A program made the translations under genes and the position numbers. Positions 28,031 to 41,000 of a stretch of DNA of 64,000 bases are shown here, one piece after another (the stretch's first letter is position 1; the number at the start of each line of letters is the position of its first letter). Source of the DNA: Setoptus koraiensis (Eukaryota; Animalia; Arthropoda). The stretch is taken from the NCBI GenBank assembly GCA_048013815.1, contig CM106586.1:8866001-8930000 (forward strand), given 5' to 3'. The notes below the pieces were generated by a model. The model was not told the DNA's origin. It did not search any database and worked only from the letters and a program-made list of their open reading frames with translations.

Positions 28031-31000
28031 GTCGCAGCTGACCAGCACAAAATATAAATACATGTATTAATTCGTGCGAGTGACCATCTCCCGGGCGCAG
28101 CCGAAGAATTGAATAATAATAAAATGATAATAATGATAGCACCAATTACAATAACAACAGCAACCATAATAATGACAGTAATATAAATAATAATGATATT
28201 ATGCAATCAACATGGATATTTTGTTCAATATCGCCAATTGGCTGCCACCCATTTCATCCGTCGGCGATATGTATGGTTGGATTGTTTTTCATGAATTAGT
28301 GCGCCCGTTTGGCGACACTCCAGTCAATCGATCACGGAGTGAGGAGATTGTCGTCGTTAGTCGCGACTGCAACAACAGCCACAACAACAACAATACAGTC
28401 CTATAGAGTCTGTTACGTAACTGACCGGCCAGCGGGCCGGCAAGCGAACGCGGACGAGCGAACGCGGACGAGCGAACGCGGACGAGCGAAAACTCGCGCA
28501 AGAGACCGGCTAAAAAAGAAGAGCGAGAGAGACGGGGAATAATTTATCGCTCGCTCATATATCATTTGCTGGCTAGGCAAAGCGAGCCAGCGGCCCGAAG
28601 AGCATCCATCTAGCAACGACGATAGCAACAACAACAACCGGCAACAACAACCAGCAACCAAAACAAACAACGGCAACAACAACGGCGACGACAGCGATGC
28701 AAGGTCGCTGGGCGCACTAATGACGACGGATATCCGCGAACAAAGGGCCTAATCTAATAGATTGTCAGCTGGTGTGCCGAGCCAACTGCAACAACAACGA
28801 CAACAGCAACAACAACAACGACAACCACAACAACAGCAACAGCAATGGCCTCGATACCAACAAAGGGCTCGATGGAACAACAGCACAAAAGTGGCGCCAA
28901 ATATAATGAGATTAACGAGGATAGATGGGCTCGGCTCAATTGTATCAAATGATTTTGCAGCGCTAGGGGCGGTGCAGTCGCCATCCAATAGGTTGCATGA
29001 TTGTTGCTGTTGTTGCTGTTGTTGTTGTTGCTGTTGTTGTCGATGCTGTTGTTGTCGATGCTGTTGTCGCTGTTGCGTAACAATAATTTTAAAGAATTTC
29101 TGCTGGCCCAAAGGTCGCTCTGGTTGCTGTTTTGTGCGCCGGGCCGCTAATCTGTTGGCAGCCAGACGCACAAAAAAAGATACAAGAATTTGATTGAACG
29201 TTGTTGCCCACAAGCGACAACAATGGCGCCAGAGGTAAAGGTCACTGGTGGTGCAAAGCGAACGCTTGCCCAGGTAGCTACCCTTCGGTGGCCCTCTAGT
29301 GGCTGGCGCAAACAATGCCGACAACGGCTCACAAAGGACGAGCGCCCGAAACAGTGATATATCGTGTCGTAATTGTGCACTGGTGGCCAGATCGCACACT
29401 TCCGGCGCGCCTTGGCAAACCCGGTCGTGCGAGCGGGGGCGCCATTCACTTTGGGCCATGTTTTTGTCATTTTTCCACCTTTGCACTCTGTCCATTTTTT
29501 TCATTCTTTGCGCTGTTTTCCACTCGTTGCAATCAAAAAATGGTTACCCGGTTCATTGGATCCGTGGCCGCGCGTTGCGGACACGAAACGCACATTATCC
29601 GGGTTAACCATGGGGCCGAGTGGCGCAGCGCTGCCATCTGTGCGCCGGTCCGGCCGAACTAATGGGCAAGCGCCAAATCGACGGCTAAGCGCTCGACCGA
29701 CAGGTAACGGGGCCCCATTTAGCTGTGCGCCGTAATTTCGCAAACGCAATCGCGTCGGATTTGGTTGTGTGTGTGCTGGAGTTGATGGTATCAGAGAACG
29801 GTACACGAGAAACACTAACGAGAAAATGATCGTAATGAGATGAACATGGAAAGAGGCGCGCAATTGGGCACGATCGGGTTAACGGTTCGCGCGAAATTGG
29901 CCGATAAGTCATTAGGACGAGTGGTCATAATTGTTTGTTTGGGCGCCGTTGGCTGGCCCGTTGGCTTGCCAGTTGCCGGCCAGCGACTGGCAGCTGTCAG
30001 TTTAATTTGATTTGTCAGATTGTGGCGACGGCGGCGGCCGCAGTTGAAATTTGACCGACCGCCAACGACCAATACCCGTGCCAATGTGTGCGGTTACCCG
30101 TGGACAAGTATCCATTAATTCTAGCCGTGTAATGGCCGGCCGGCCGACATTGATATTGATCAGGCAAAAAAGTGCTCGCCGGCCGGCGGTTGCCCGCGTT
30201 GGGCAACCAGTCAAATCTGCGCCGGGCAAATAAAGTTGCCAAATAAATTGGCGGGCCCGATAAAATGAGACGAAAGCGCTGGCGTCCATTGACAAGTTGA
30301 CATTGCGCCGCCAATGTCAACTTGAGCTGTGGCGCGCGCGCGCCCAATATCGGGCCGGCTCGGCGAATTTATTCAAGCCCCACTCTGGCCGCGCTCTCCC
30401 GCGCGCCACTGACTAGATTGAAATTTGATAGCGGCTCGGGCGCCGGAATGGGCCCAAAGTAAGCCCACTCTGCATGGGCCCGCGTTGACTTTTGTCGCGC
30501 CGGCCGGGCCGGCTTCGAGTGGCGCCCCCGAACCGGGAGCTGGCCGCCGAGCCGGCAACTGTGGGCGAGCCAGCAGTTGACACAACATAATAGTTGTCAC
30601 AATTGTTGTCGTTGAGATGGCCAGCGATAGATAAGTTTGTGTAGTTGGCTTTTGTTGGCGGCGGCCGTTGTTAGTTTATGGCGCTCGACAATGCAACCAA
30701 TATCGGCTATTGGCTGACGTTTGGGGCCCGTCATTGGCTGGCCGAGGCGCGCGCCGGGCCCCAATGTCGTGGGCCGGCACAATGGGGACAGTCATCAAAA
30801 ACGTCATAAAAAGAGCGCTGCTCGTTTCGTTGCGAACATGTATATATAGTTGCAGCGGATATACATAGATTTGTATGGAGAGGGCGCCAGTCCGGCCGGA
30901 CAGCGCCACCCGGCCGACGGGCCGACGACAGCCGCGCTTGTCCAGTCTCCCAGGGATTTGTGTCATCCAGTCCATTATGATGAATGGCCACAATGGCCGG

Positions 31001-31853
31001 CTTCAAACAGAGCTTCAGACGCCGGGCCACACAGAAGCGGGCCCAGTGTCGCCCTCGTCCGCAAGCCGATTATGTCGACAGCGGCGCACAATGCAGCGGC
31101 CGGCCCGATGGGCCGCTGGACGTGTCGCGATCGTCATTGCAAGCGTCGCCCGAGTCAGAACTGTCGCCCGAGTCAGAATTGTCGCGCGAGTTGTCGCCCG
31201 AATAGTCGCTGTAAGCGCGTTTCCGCACAACTACACCCTGTCCGCGCGGCGCCTCGATGGGCCCCGAAATTGTTTGTCGCCGTTAATGCGAACACATGTG
31301 CAAACACTGCCAGCGGCCGGCCAAGCCGCTGCACGACGGCCGATAGCGGGCGACAGCCGACGACAGCGGACGACGGCGGACGAAAGCGGACAGCGGCAAC
31401 GCAAACACCCGATCGCCGGCCCGATGTGGCGTAACATGCTGAGTTGCTCTTTTGCACTTGTTACGGTGCCCACTTCGGTGTCCACTCTTTGGCAGCCAGT
31501 CACCTGGTGAACGCGCCAGCCTCGTGTGGGGCCTCATTTAGCCAGATTCACACATGAATACACGCGACGACACAGGGGCAAAAAGTGTCTGTTTGGGCCA
31601 TTGGACGTGGGGCAACATTTGCGAAAATTGGCCGAATCGGCCAATTTGGGGCCTGATCCAATCGCGAACAAACACAACCGAGGACGCAATTACATTGCAT
31701 CGCTTGTGTCCGTGGACACGATAATAGATTGATCGGCGTCGCTTGTAATTGCGTCTGACACGGACAGCGTCGGATGGTCGGGCCAACATCGGATATAATA
31801 TCGGATAGCGGGGATAAAATCGGTCAGTTGGGGTAAAATGGGAGTAATACTCA

Positions 31854-32267
<414 letters not shown>

Positions 32268-32318
32268 TCATTGATCAACACCGTTGATTGCCTCTCTGCG
32301 TCACTGGCTGCACCCGGC

Positions 32319-32417
32319 CACTCGCTGCGATTGGGGCCCCATCACTGGCCGCGATCGGGGCCCGTCACTCGCTGGATTGGGGCCCGTCGCTCGCTGCGAT
32401 TGGGGCCCCGTCACTCG
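32319..32417. repeat. ~23-bp degenerate tandem repeat (CACTCGCTGCGATTGGGGCCCC) x4 in CaMKI intron 1
   Basis: Four copies, each carrying GGGGCCC. Confidence 0.8.
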
Positions 32418-32809
32418 GTCGCGCACTGTAACTATCGCCATGTCGTCGTGACTCGGCTGCTTGGCAACGGCGATGCTGGCCAAGTTGCCGCTTGGCAATT
32501 CCGTTACTTTGTTCGCGCTCCCCTGCACCGTTGCACCCCCGCATTGCGTCGGTTCGTTTTATCATTGGGTTTTGTGTCACTGCATCGCGGTGCACCATTG
32601 CAGCATCATTGCAACATCATTGTATCATTCAGTGTATCGTTGTTGTGCGAGGCGCGTTGCGCGACTCGGCCGATGGGGGGCCATCTCGTCATTTCATCGA
32701 GCTTGTCGGGCCCGTCGAGCCCATCGAGCTCGTCGGGCCCGTCGAGCTCGCCGAGCGGCGTGTTCGAGCATCAATAACAAGCGCGCTAATTGAGGCCGGG
32801 GCTACTTAC

Positions 32810-32886
32810 GTGCCGAGAACATCCTTGAAATCGTAGCGAACGTCTACGTTGCGTTTAAATTTGAACTCGTCGCCTAGAAAGGGCAT
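32810..32886 (-). CDS. CaMKI: CaMKI exon 1 of 9 (MPFLGDEFKFKRNVDVRYDFKDVLGT); full CDS 1956 nt, 651 aa
   Basis: ATG at 32886; YDFKDVLGT matches the CaMKI N-lobe; donor AC|gtaagt; phase fits exon 2. Confidence 0.9.
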
Positions 32887-33077
32887 GATGTCGCCGGTTG
32901 TTGATCTCGCTAACTAACGTTCTGTTGCCTACTTGTGCTCGCTTGATGGCTGCAGCTCGCTCACCTGGCCGACTGTGGCGCTGCTGTCTGTCGCTGCTGT
33001 TTGTGGCTGCTTTTTGTTGCTTGCTACCGGCGGCTAGTTGTTGCCGTTTGCTGCTTGCTCGTTGTTCGTTAGTAGCT

Positions 33078-33230
33078 TGCCGGTTGTTGCCGGTTGTTTG
33101 CTGGTTGTTTGCTGGTTGTTGTCGGTTGTTGTCGGTTGTTGTCGGTTGTTGTCGGTTGTTGTCGGTTGTTGTCGGTTGTTGCCGGTTGTTGTCGGTTGTT
33201 GCCGGTTGTTGCCGGTTGTCGCTGGTTGTT
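33078..33230. repeat. 10-bp tandem repeat (GYCGGTTGTT)n, ~14 units
   Basis: Directly visible 200-350 bp upstream of the CaMKI ATG. Confidence 0.9.
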
Positions 33231-33832
33231 GCTTGCCGGTCGTCGGTTGTTGCTGCTTGGTGGCTGCTGGGCTGGCTGGCGTGGCCTCGCGACTGGCGAT
33301 CGATGCGATCGTCAAGCGGATGTTGGCGCCGTTGTGGTTGTTGCGGTTGTCGGCCGGTTGTTAGACCGTGTTAGTATTTGGTGGTTGGCGGTTGCTGGTT
33401 GCCGGCTGGTTGCTGGTATTTGGCGGTCGGTGGTTGGAGAGACAGAGGAGAGAGGGCGACTGTTAGTTGGGCTGTCACAAGCTTTTTATTTTTTAAACTA
33501 AGCCGGCCTGGCAAAGTGTGCGAAATAAATACGCTGCTAGCGCTTGCTTGTTTGCTGGTTGGATATTGGCTCGCTGGCAAATGTCGGATGTTTGGACAAT
33601 GCACACAAATGCGCAAGTTTCGTCACTCTCTCAGTTGGGATATTTGCTGGATATTTCGCTGCGCTGCCGGATAATTCGCGACACTGGATGAAAACAATTC
33701 GCGCCACTCGATGGCTCACTAAAAGGCCGACTAAAGACGCTCGAGCCGGGCGTCACTTGATTGGCTTAGGCCGACAGAGCGACAAACTAAGATTGATGCG
33801 TTTCTCCGCACTCGTTTAGCGCATGTGAGTCG

Positions 33833-33865
<33 letters not shown>

Positions 33866-34468
33866 GCTTGTAAGCTCATAAGCTCACGAGAACACGCACG
33901 CTCGCAGCTTATGGCTTCGAAATTGGTTAGCTCGTCGCGCTGGCTGAGATTGCGTCTGTGCGCGACTCGTTCGACTCGCTTCGAGCGACTTGTTCGAGCC
34001 GCTCCAATCGAGACTCGCTCGCCGCTTTTTGCAATTGGCACAAATTGAGTGTAACTTTTAACTGTGGGCCCTTCTCGGGCTTTGGCTGGCTCTCGCCGGC
34101 GCGTCTCAGTCCATGTTCGGCTGAGTTTCGGCGGCCGACGTTCGGTTGCGGCTCGGCGGCCGACGTTCGGCTGCGGCTCGGCGGGGCTCAGTTTGAGCCG
34201 GCCGAGTTTGAGTCGGCGCGAGCTCGCCGTCCGCGCCTCTGACAAGTTGTGTGCAATCTCTATATTAATGATCGGTTTTGAGCAAGTCGTTTTGTTCCAA
34301 CTGGTTGCCTTCGCTGTGCAGCCCCGAGCAGCGCTTTCGCTTATCTCTCGCTCATCTGCGCGTTCTTATCTCGCGTTGCGAGCTCTTTTTTCGCGCAAAT
34401 TCTCATCATTCAATTGGCAACTAACAGTAAGCGATGCGGCAAGCTCGCCGGCCACAACATTGCACAAC

Positions 34469-34548
34469 TCGCAACAGCTCGCATCGCAACAGCTCACATC
34501 GCAACGGCTCACATCGCAAAAGCTCGCATCGCAACAGCTCACATCGCA
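34469..34548. repeat. 15-bp tandem repeat (TCGCAACAGCTCRCA) x5
   Basis: Directly visible. Confidence 0.85.
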
Positions 34549-35123
34549 CAACTCGCTGGCGCTGTTCACCTGTCGAACGGCAGCCAGAAATATCGTTTCG
34601 GGCTCGAAGCGAATAATTGAGATAAGCGCTGGCGAGAACGCCAATTGAAGCGCTGCCAAAATGCGAATTAAGCGCTGGCGAAACACGAATTAAAGAGCTG
34701 GCAAAGCATGAGTTGAAGCGCTGGCAAAATGAGCTTATGCCAGCGTCGAAATGCATGCCGGCATGCGCACAGGTTCCGTCACAAAAGTATCGGGCTCAAA
34801 ATGAATGATTTAAAAAGTGAAATTTGAAAGTGAATTTCATCTCGAATTTGAGTGAGTTATCGTCGCGTCGTGTGTGACGCCGACGCTCGACGTACACGCT
34901 CGTTTATTATCCATTATTGGCGCGCCAAAGTCATCGCCATTTACAGATCCAATCGGCAGCCTCAACAACGAGACGAGCTGCCAGCGACAGCGCAAGCTGC
35001 CAAAAGTCAACAATAAACAAACAACTTTTATCGCCGTCTGCAACTCACTCGCTGCCATACGTAACGATACGTTGCGATACGTTCGCCGCCACGTCATCTA
35101 CCTGTGCGAGCCGGCTACCCGAG

Positions 35124-35196
35124 CGAAGCTCACCTGAACGAAGCTCGCCTGAACGAAGCTCACCTGAACGAAGCTCACCTGTGCGAATCTCACCTG
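35124..35196. repeat. 15-bp tandem repeat (CGAAGCTCACCTGAA) x5
   Basis: Directly visible. Confidence 0.85.
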
Positions 35197-37940
35197 GCAG
35201 AGCTGTCTCACAGGCCAAGTGCGCAAGCTGCCGCAACAGTCGGCCGGCATCAGCGTCAACAGCGCCGAGTAAGCCAATTCAATTATAATTGATCCAGGGC
35301 CAAAGGTCGCCATTATCGCTGCCAATATCATTATGGATGCAGCCATTATTATCATTTCCATTATGCCGGCCGTCCATTAGTGGGCGCCTTGGCGCCGCTC
35401 GTCGCCGCTCACGGCCGCCAGCCAAGCCTGGCCAGCGCGACCGCCAGCCATTCTGACTTGGGACCAATCCGAGTGCGAACCTTTGCAAGCGTGCGAGCAT
35501 TGGGACCATTCGAAGCATTCGAAGCATTCGAACCGCTCGAAATGGCCAATTCGAAGCATCGCAACCGTTCGGGTCGTCGAGCGTTCGCTCCGAACCGGGC
35601 ACGTGCACACCGGCCCGGAATGCAGTGGCGCCACCTGCGCCAGCGAGCACCACACACCAAATATAAGCTGGCCAGATATATGTCAAATCAATAAATATCA
35701 CATCCATACACATCCAACCAACACATATATACCAATGCGTATATCTAACTAGTATATATCTAACTAGTATGCGTTCTGACCAGCGCGGTATATGCAGTGA
35801 AATATCCAGTGCAATCCAGTGCCTGGATCCAGTGGATATTGCACTGGATGTGATACGGATATACGACCACTTACTGGCGACCTGGCTGACCAATCAATCG
35901 GATGGACCCCAAATTCAATTGGGGCCCAGTGGAGCAAGCGCAGATATGATGCGAGCGCGATCGACTCCAAATCGATTGATAGCGGTGCAAACGTAAACAC
36001 TCCACTAGACTGGCTCTAGTGAAGTGAGTTTAGGGGAGTGGGTCCAGGGGAGAGTGGGTCCAGGGGAGAGTGGGTCCGGGGGAGAGAGGGCCGAGTCAGT
36101 GGCCCGTGAATAATTATTACATGACTACCAGTGTAGATGAGTGCGGATGAGTGTAGATCGGGGTGCATCAGTTGCAGTTGCTGTTGCTGTTGCTGCTGCA
36201 AACAGATAACTCAATTAGCTGATTTGTTGTTTGTTGGCTCGTGTGTTGGCGAGATGTTGTTGCGCAACACAACATTGGCAGCATCAATATATCACCGACT
36301 GTGATGCATCGCTTGCCAGTGTCGTGTCCATGGGGCGCCGGTGCCAACAACGCGACGAGGAGACACGTCAAATGACACAACAAATCAACATGCAACATCA
36401 CGCCAGCCTCACAAAGCCATAATAATCAGCCGTGTGTGCACACGAGAATACAATTACATGTAAATTACATGATGTAATAATAACCCGGGCCCATATATAA
36501 ATAACTCGTTAGCTGGCTCGCTTGGCATAATCTAATTATTGGCGTACTCAAGCACCATACTGATGTACACTGATATTAATGGCGCGCACGCTCCAAAATC
36601 AGGCCTTTGCCTATTACAATGGGCCATATATCACGAGATTGGGACACGGACACTCCGCGCGCCGTCGGATTCCGTTACAATAAATACGTCGAATATCGCT
36701 GGACATTGGCGAGCATCGCCAACAGTGATGTCGCCGGATGTCCCGGATATTCCTGGATATTGTTGTCGTACGAACAGCGCCCCAAGCGGTGGTTTTTGTG
36801 TTAGAGTAGTACCAGGCTGGTAGGTAACTGCAACACTTAATTTATACACTCCAGTAAATGCAGTTTTTGGGGCAAAAAATGGTGGGCTCGCCTGGCTGAG
36901 AGCAACACACAGACGACAAGACGCGAGACGAGATTCAATTGCGGCAACCATTTTCGGAGGTGCCGTCTGGCGGCCATTCAGTCAGATAAATATCAATCGG
37001 TTTGGATCGACTCGAGAGTCTCGAGTCGAGACTATCGAGTCGAGAGTGTCAGGTGAAACACTGTTGTGCATCAATCAACAAATCTCGCCATCAGCTTGAC
37101 TCGTCTGTCGGTGAGCTTGAGTGGATCATTACGTCTCGAGACAATCGCACACTATCATCCGTTACGTTTCGGATAAAAAATTCCGCTTGCACAGGTAATT
37201 CCGCAGCTACGGCAGCTACGGCAGCCACGGCAGCTACTGCGGCTACGACAGGTGAAGTCATTAATTGCGGCGCGCGAGTCATTGGCACACAGACTAACAA
37301 TTGTGTGCCGGCGACTTGACGAGCCGGGTCGGGCTGGCGCTGCCAACTTGCCAGTGTCAAGTGCGGGCAAACTTGAATTTATCGGGTCTGTTTATTCGAT
37401 CGATGCAATTTATCCGTTCAGCCGTTCGCAAGCCGCGTTGGCGTGACAGTCGCGCGGCGTCGTAGTTTATTAACAGTGGGTCAGGTCGACAATGAACGAG
37501 CCAACGAAACAAACAACACTTTTCAGGGCTTAATTGGTTCTCGTGTTGGCCTGGTCGCAGCGCGGGCAACAAGCCCAAAATTGGGTGCCGAACGCTTTGG
37601 AGTGGCCCGAAGCGCCCCGAGGGGCGCCGAAACGCGCCGAAGACCCCGAACACCCCAAAGAGCCCGAAGATCCCCGAAGAGCGCGCGAATGCAGCCCCGG
37701 GAATGCGTCGGAATGCGTGGCCCGCGTGCCGGGTGGCACGTGGCGAGCACGCGGATCAAGTTGCGCAACGTTGCAGCGGTGCGACGCTCGGCTGGTTCAG
37801 TTTGTTAATTAGCTATAATTAGTTGGTGTGTTAATGTTGCAAAAATTATAATGATACTAGCATGTCATTGGCACCGTGTGACATGCCGGCGTCTCCGACA
37901 GGCCAATCCAATTAGCGGCGCGAGCAGTAGACGGTGGCGA

Positions 37941-38070
37941 CACCAACGCGAATTCGCGCAACTAACGCAAATTCGCGCAACCAACGCAAATTCGCGCAAC
38001 CAACGCGAACCCGCGCAACCAACGCAAATTCGCGCAACCAACGCGAACCCGCGCAACCAACGCGAATCCG
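37941..38070. repeat. 19-bp tandem repeat (CAACCAACGCRAAYYCGCG) x7
   Basis: Directly visible; units are contiguous with no spacers. Confidence 0.88.
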
Positions 38071-41000
38071 CCAAACCAGCAAGCCTGTCAGTGGCGAGCG
38101 AGGTTACGCAACGAGGCGACAAATGTTGCAGCGCGTGCTAATCAACTAGTCACTGTTCATATACATAATAACTAGCGCCGGGCCGGTTTATTATCATTAT
38201 TAAAATGCTCGCTTGCTTATTTGTGCTTATTTGTGCGCGTTGTCGGTATGAACCGGCCGAGAGTTAGTTAGTGTCAGTCGTTGTTGTTGTTGCTGCCGCA
38301 TCAGCATTGTTGGCGCCCCTCTAATTTGTTTGTCGTCGTGACAGCAGCTAATATTAACAAGCAGCCCCCGTTTGACATTTATAGCGCCCAGCCAGATTTG
38401 CCGGCTGACACATTCAATTTGGGGCCGGGCGCCTTGAGCGCAAATTATGATCAAGACGACCGCTAACGAGGCCAGCGCCACAGTGACCGTGCCGCACGCG
38501 CAACGAACAATCGAGGGGCCCCAATTGGCCTCTCTCGGGGCCTCCCCGGCTCGGTTCGCACGAGCTGATTTGCTTGCAGGTGCGTGGTGGTCGGTGCCAG
38601 TTGCCGACAGTTGGCAACTCGGCCCGAATTTTATCTGCTCGCAGTCATGCCGAGATCACGATTGGCGACGCCAGCAACAACAACAATCGCGGCTCGCAAA
38701 TTGCGCCCAGATCGCCAATTGCGAATCGCGAATCGCAAATTGGCAAGCGACTGGCGGGCCCACTTCGGGGCTGAGGCCCCACGATGTTGCGCGCCCCACG
38801 AAGCCAATGAGGCCAATTTGGCAGCGCGTGTCAGTTGGGCATGTCCGTTCAACGTGTCAGACGGCCAGGCACGTCTTTTGGGGCCCGTTGCGCGTGCAGC
38901 GCTCGCATGACAGCCAGGCGGCGAGCGGTGGCTGCCGCCGGCTTGCTATCGGTTTGCATAAACTACTATCATTATCGTGCTCTCTCTCACTCTCTAAATA
39001 TAATAAATTCTTTCAGTTCGAGCGCTGTCGTCTTGTCAATTGTTTTCTCTTTTTCGGGGGGCCCGCCGGGCCAGTGACTGCAACTGCTTGTCGTGCGCGC
39101 GAGGCCAAATCAGACGTGGCGCAAATGTGTCACTCAACGCCAGCACCACTGGGAGAATATATAAACGAAAATGGGCCCACACAGCCACGGCTGCGAATCA
39201 GTGTCGGAATGAGGGGCCCAAATTGAATTGAAATGGCACATTAACACTATGCGCTGTGTCAGCCAATATATGCGCTAACAAATGGCTCCGGCTCGCCAGA
39301 CCGCCGGCCCCGCTCCTCAAACGACAAAATAAATAAAGAAAGAAATATGTGTCAGCGTGATATGGGCCGCACGCGCTAAACGCGCACCACGTCTGGGGCC
39401 CTCGATATTGCGGGCCGGCCGGGCGCGGATAAAATGCCCTCGCCATGCAGCAGCGGATAAAATGGACAACGATCCGTGAACAACAAGTACAGCGACTGCT
39501 AGCTGGCGAGCGTTGGTCGGGGGCGCCGCCGCGCACGTTCGCAAACGTTCCCTAATGATGCCACGATGCGTATTTGTGCGATACTTGCTCAACAGCTGGC
39601 GCCTCCACGCTTGTCTGTTTCGGGCCCCATTCTGCGGCCCGAAACTCTCGGAATTCCCGTTCGCCGCTCGATGGTTTCAGTGGCGAGCGGAATGCGAATA
39701 AAAAACACACTGTTGTGTGTTGCGAGACGACGGAAATTCCGCCAGCAACAGACAGTGAAAGGGCCGAGGTGATAACGGATTTCGGTTGGGCCCGCCAGCC
39801 TGATCGATGACTGGCCGAAAGTGCTCCGAACTGCCCGAAGTCGCGTTTCATGGCTTATAAACGTCGCATTTTTCGCTATGTGCCTTTGAGAATCGTTTCG
39901 GGTCGCTTTTCGGTTTTTTCGAACTATAAAATCGACAAATTGATCTATTGACGCCCGCCGACATTGAGCCGAAACAGTGATGGGCGAGCATCCATGAAAA
40001 AATGGCCTGTTTTTTCCGTTTTCATGATAGAAAAAAATCGGCAGGAAAAGGGCCTTTCGGAGCGTATCTGGGTCGTGCCCTGGTCTAAATACAAACTTTC
40101 GCAGTTATTACCCGGGCGGGAAAAATTTCAGTTCGAGAGCGATTTCGGTTTGTCCAATAATGACGCAATAAAAAGCGAAAACATTTGGCGCGGGCTAAAC
40201 GCTTTACCATGTAAAACTCGTTTGTTTGTTGTTGTTACGATTGTTCGAGAGCGGAATCGTTGAGGGGCCAAACATGAGAGATAAATAGGATGAGAAACCT
40301 CATTCTATTTATCCCGAGCCTGGCCCGAATAAATACGGGCCAGGCTTTGCTGACTTTAGCTCGGTAGCGCATTCTTCGGCCAGCGGTCGCCCGGCTGACG
40401 GTTAAATTTCGGTATTTCGGACGCCGTCAGTTGTTTCGGTGCAGTTGTCGAAATTGGGAGGCCCAAGTTTCCCGAATTTCGATAAGCCTCGATGCATCTT
40501 TTGTGGGGCAGCCGAAATGCAGCACGCAACGAGATATGATACAACTGGGCAGCGGATAAGCTGGCCAATTTAATCGCCAATTAGGAATACAATAATTGAA
40601 TTGTGTTGTTCGAAGGGTGCGTTGCGGTGCCCCCTTGGAAGCGGTCGGACGTTGGTCGGGCTCGTCATTGCTGGCCGGTGCACATAAAAATGGCCGACGT
40701 TCATGATATCCAATGATATCCGACGACACTGTCGAGTTGCCGATATCAGCAGCCGGCCAAGTGCTGAGTCAGCCGGGCCGAAATTAAGACGCGGCTGGTC
40801 GCAAATGTCACGACTTTAGCGCGTCACGACAACATTCGGGCAGCCCATGCCGTGCAACTAAACGAATCGCTCACGTGCTATATGGCCCATATAGCACGTA
40901 CTACCTGGCCAATATGGACACACAATATGGACAGTATATAACGCGCACAAAATGGCACAAAACACAATGGAAATAATAAGCAGCCATGCTGCAAATTGGG

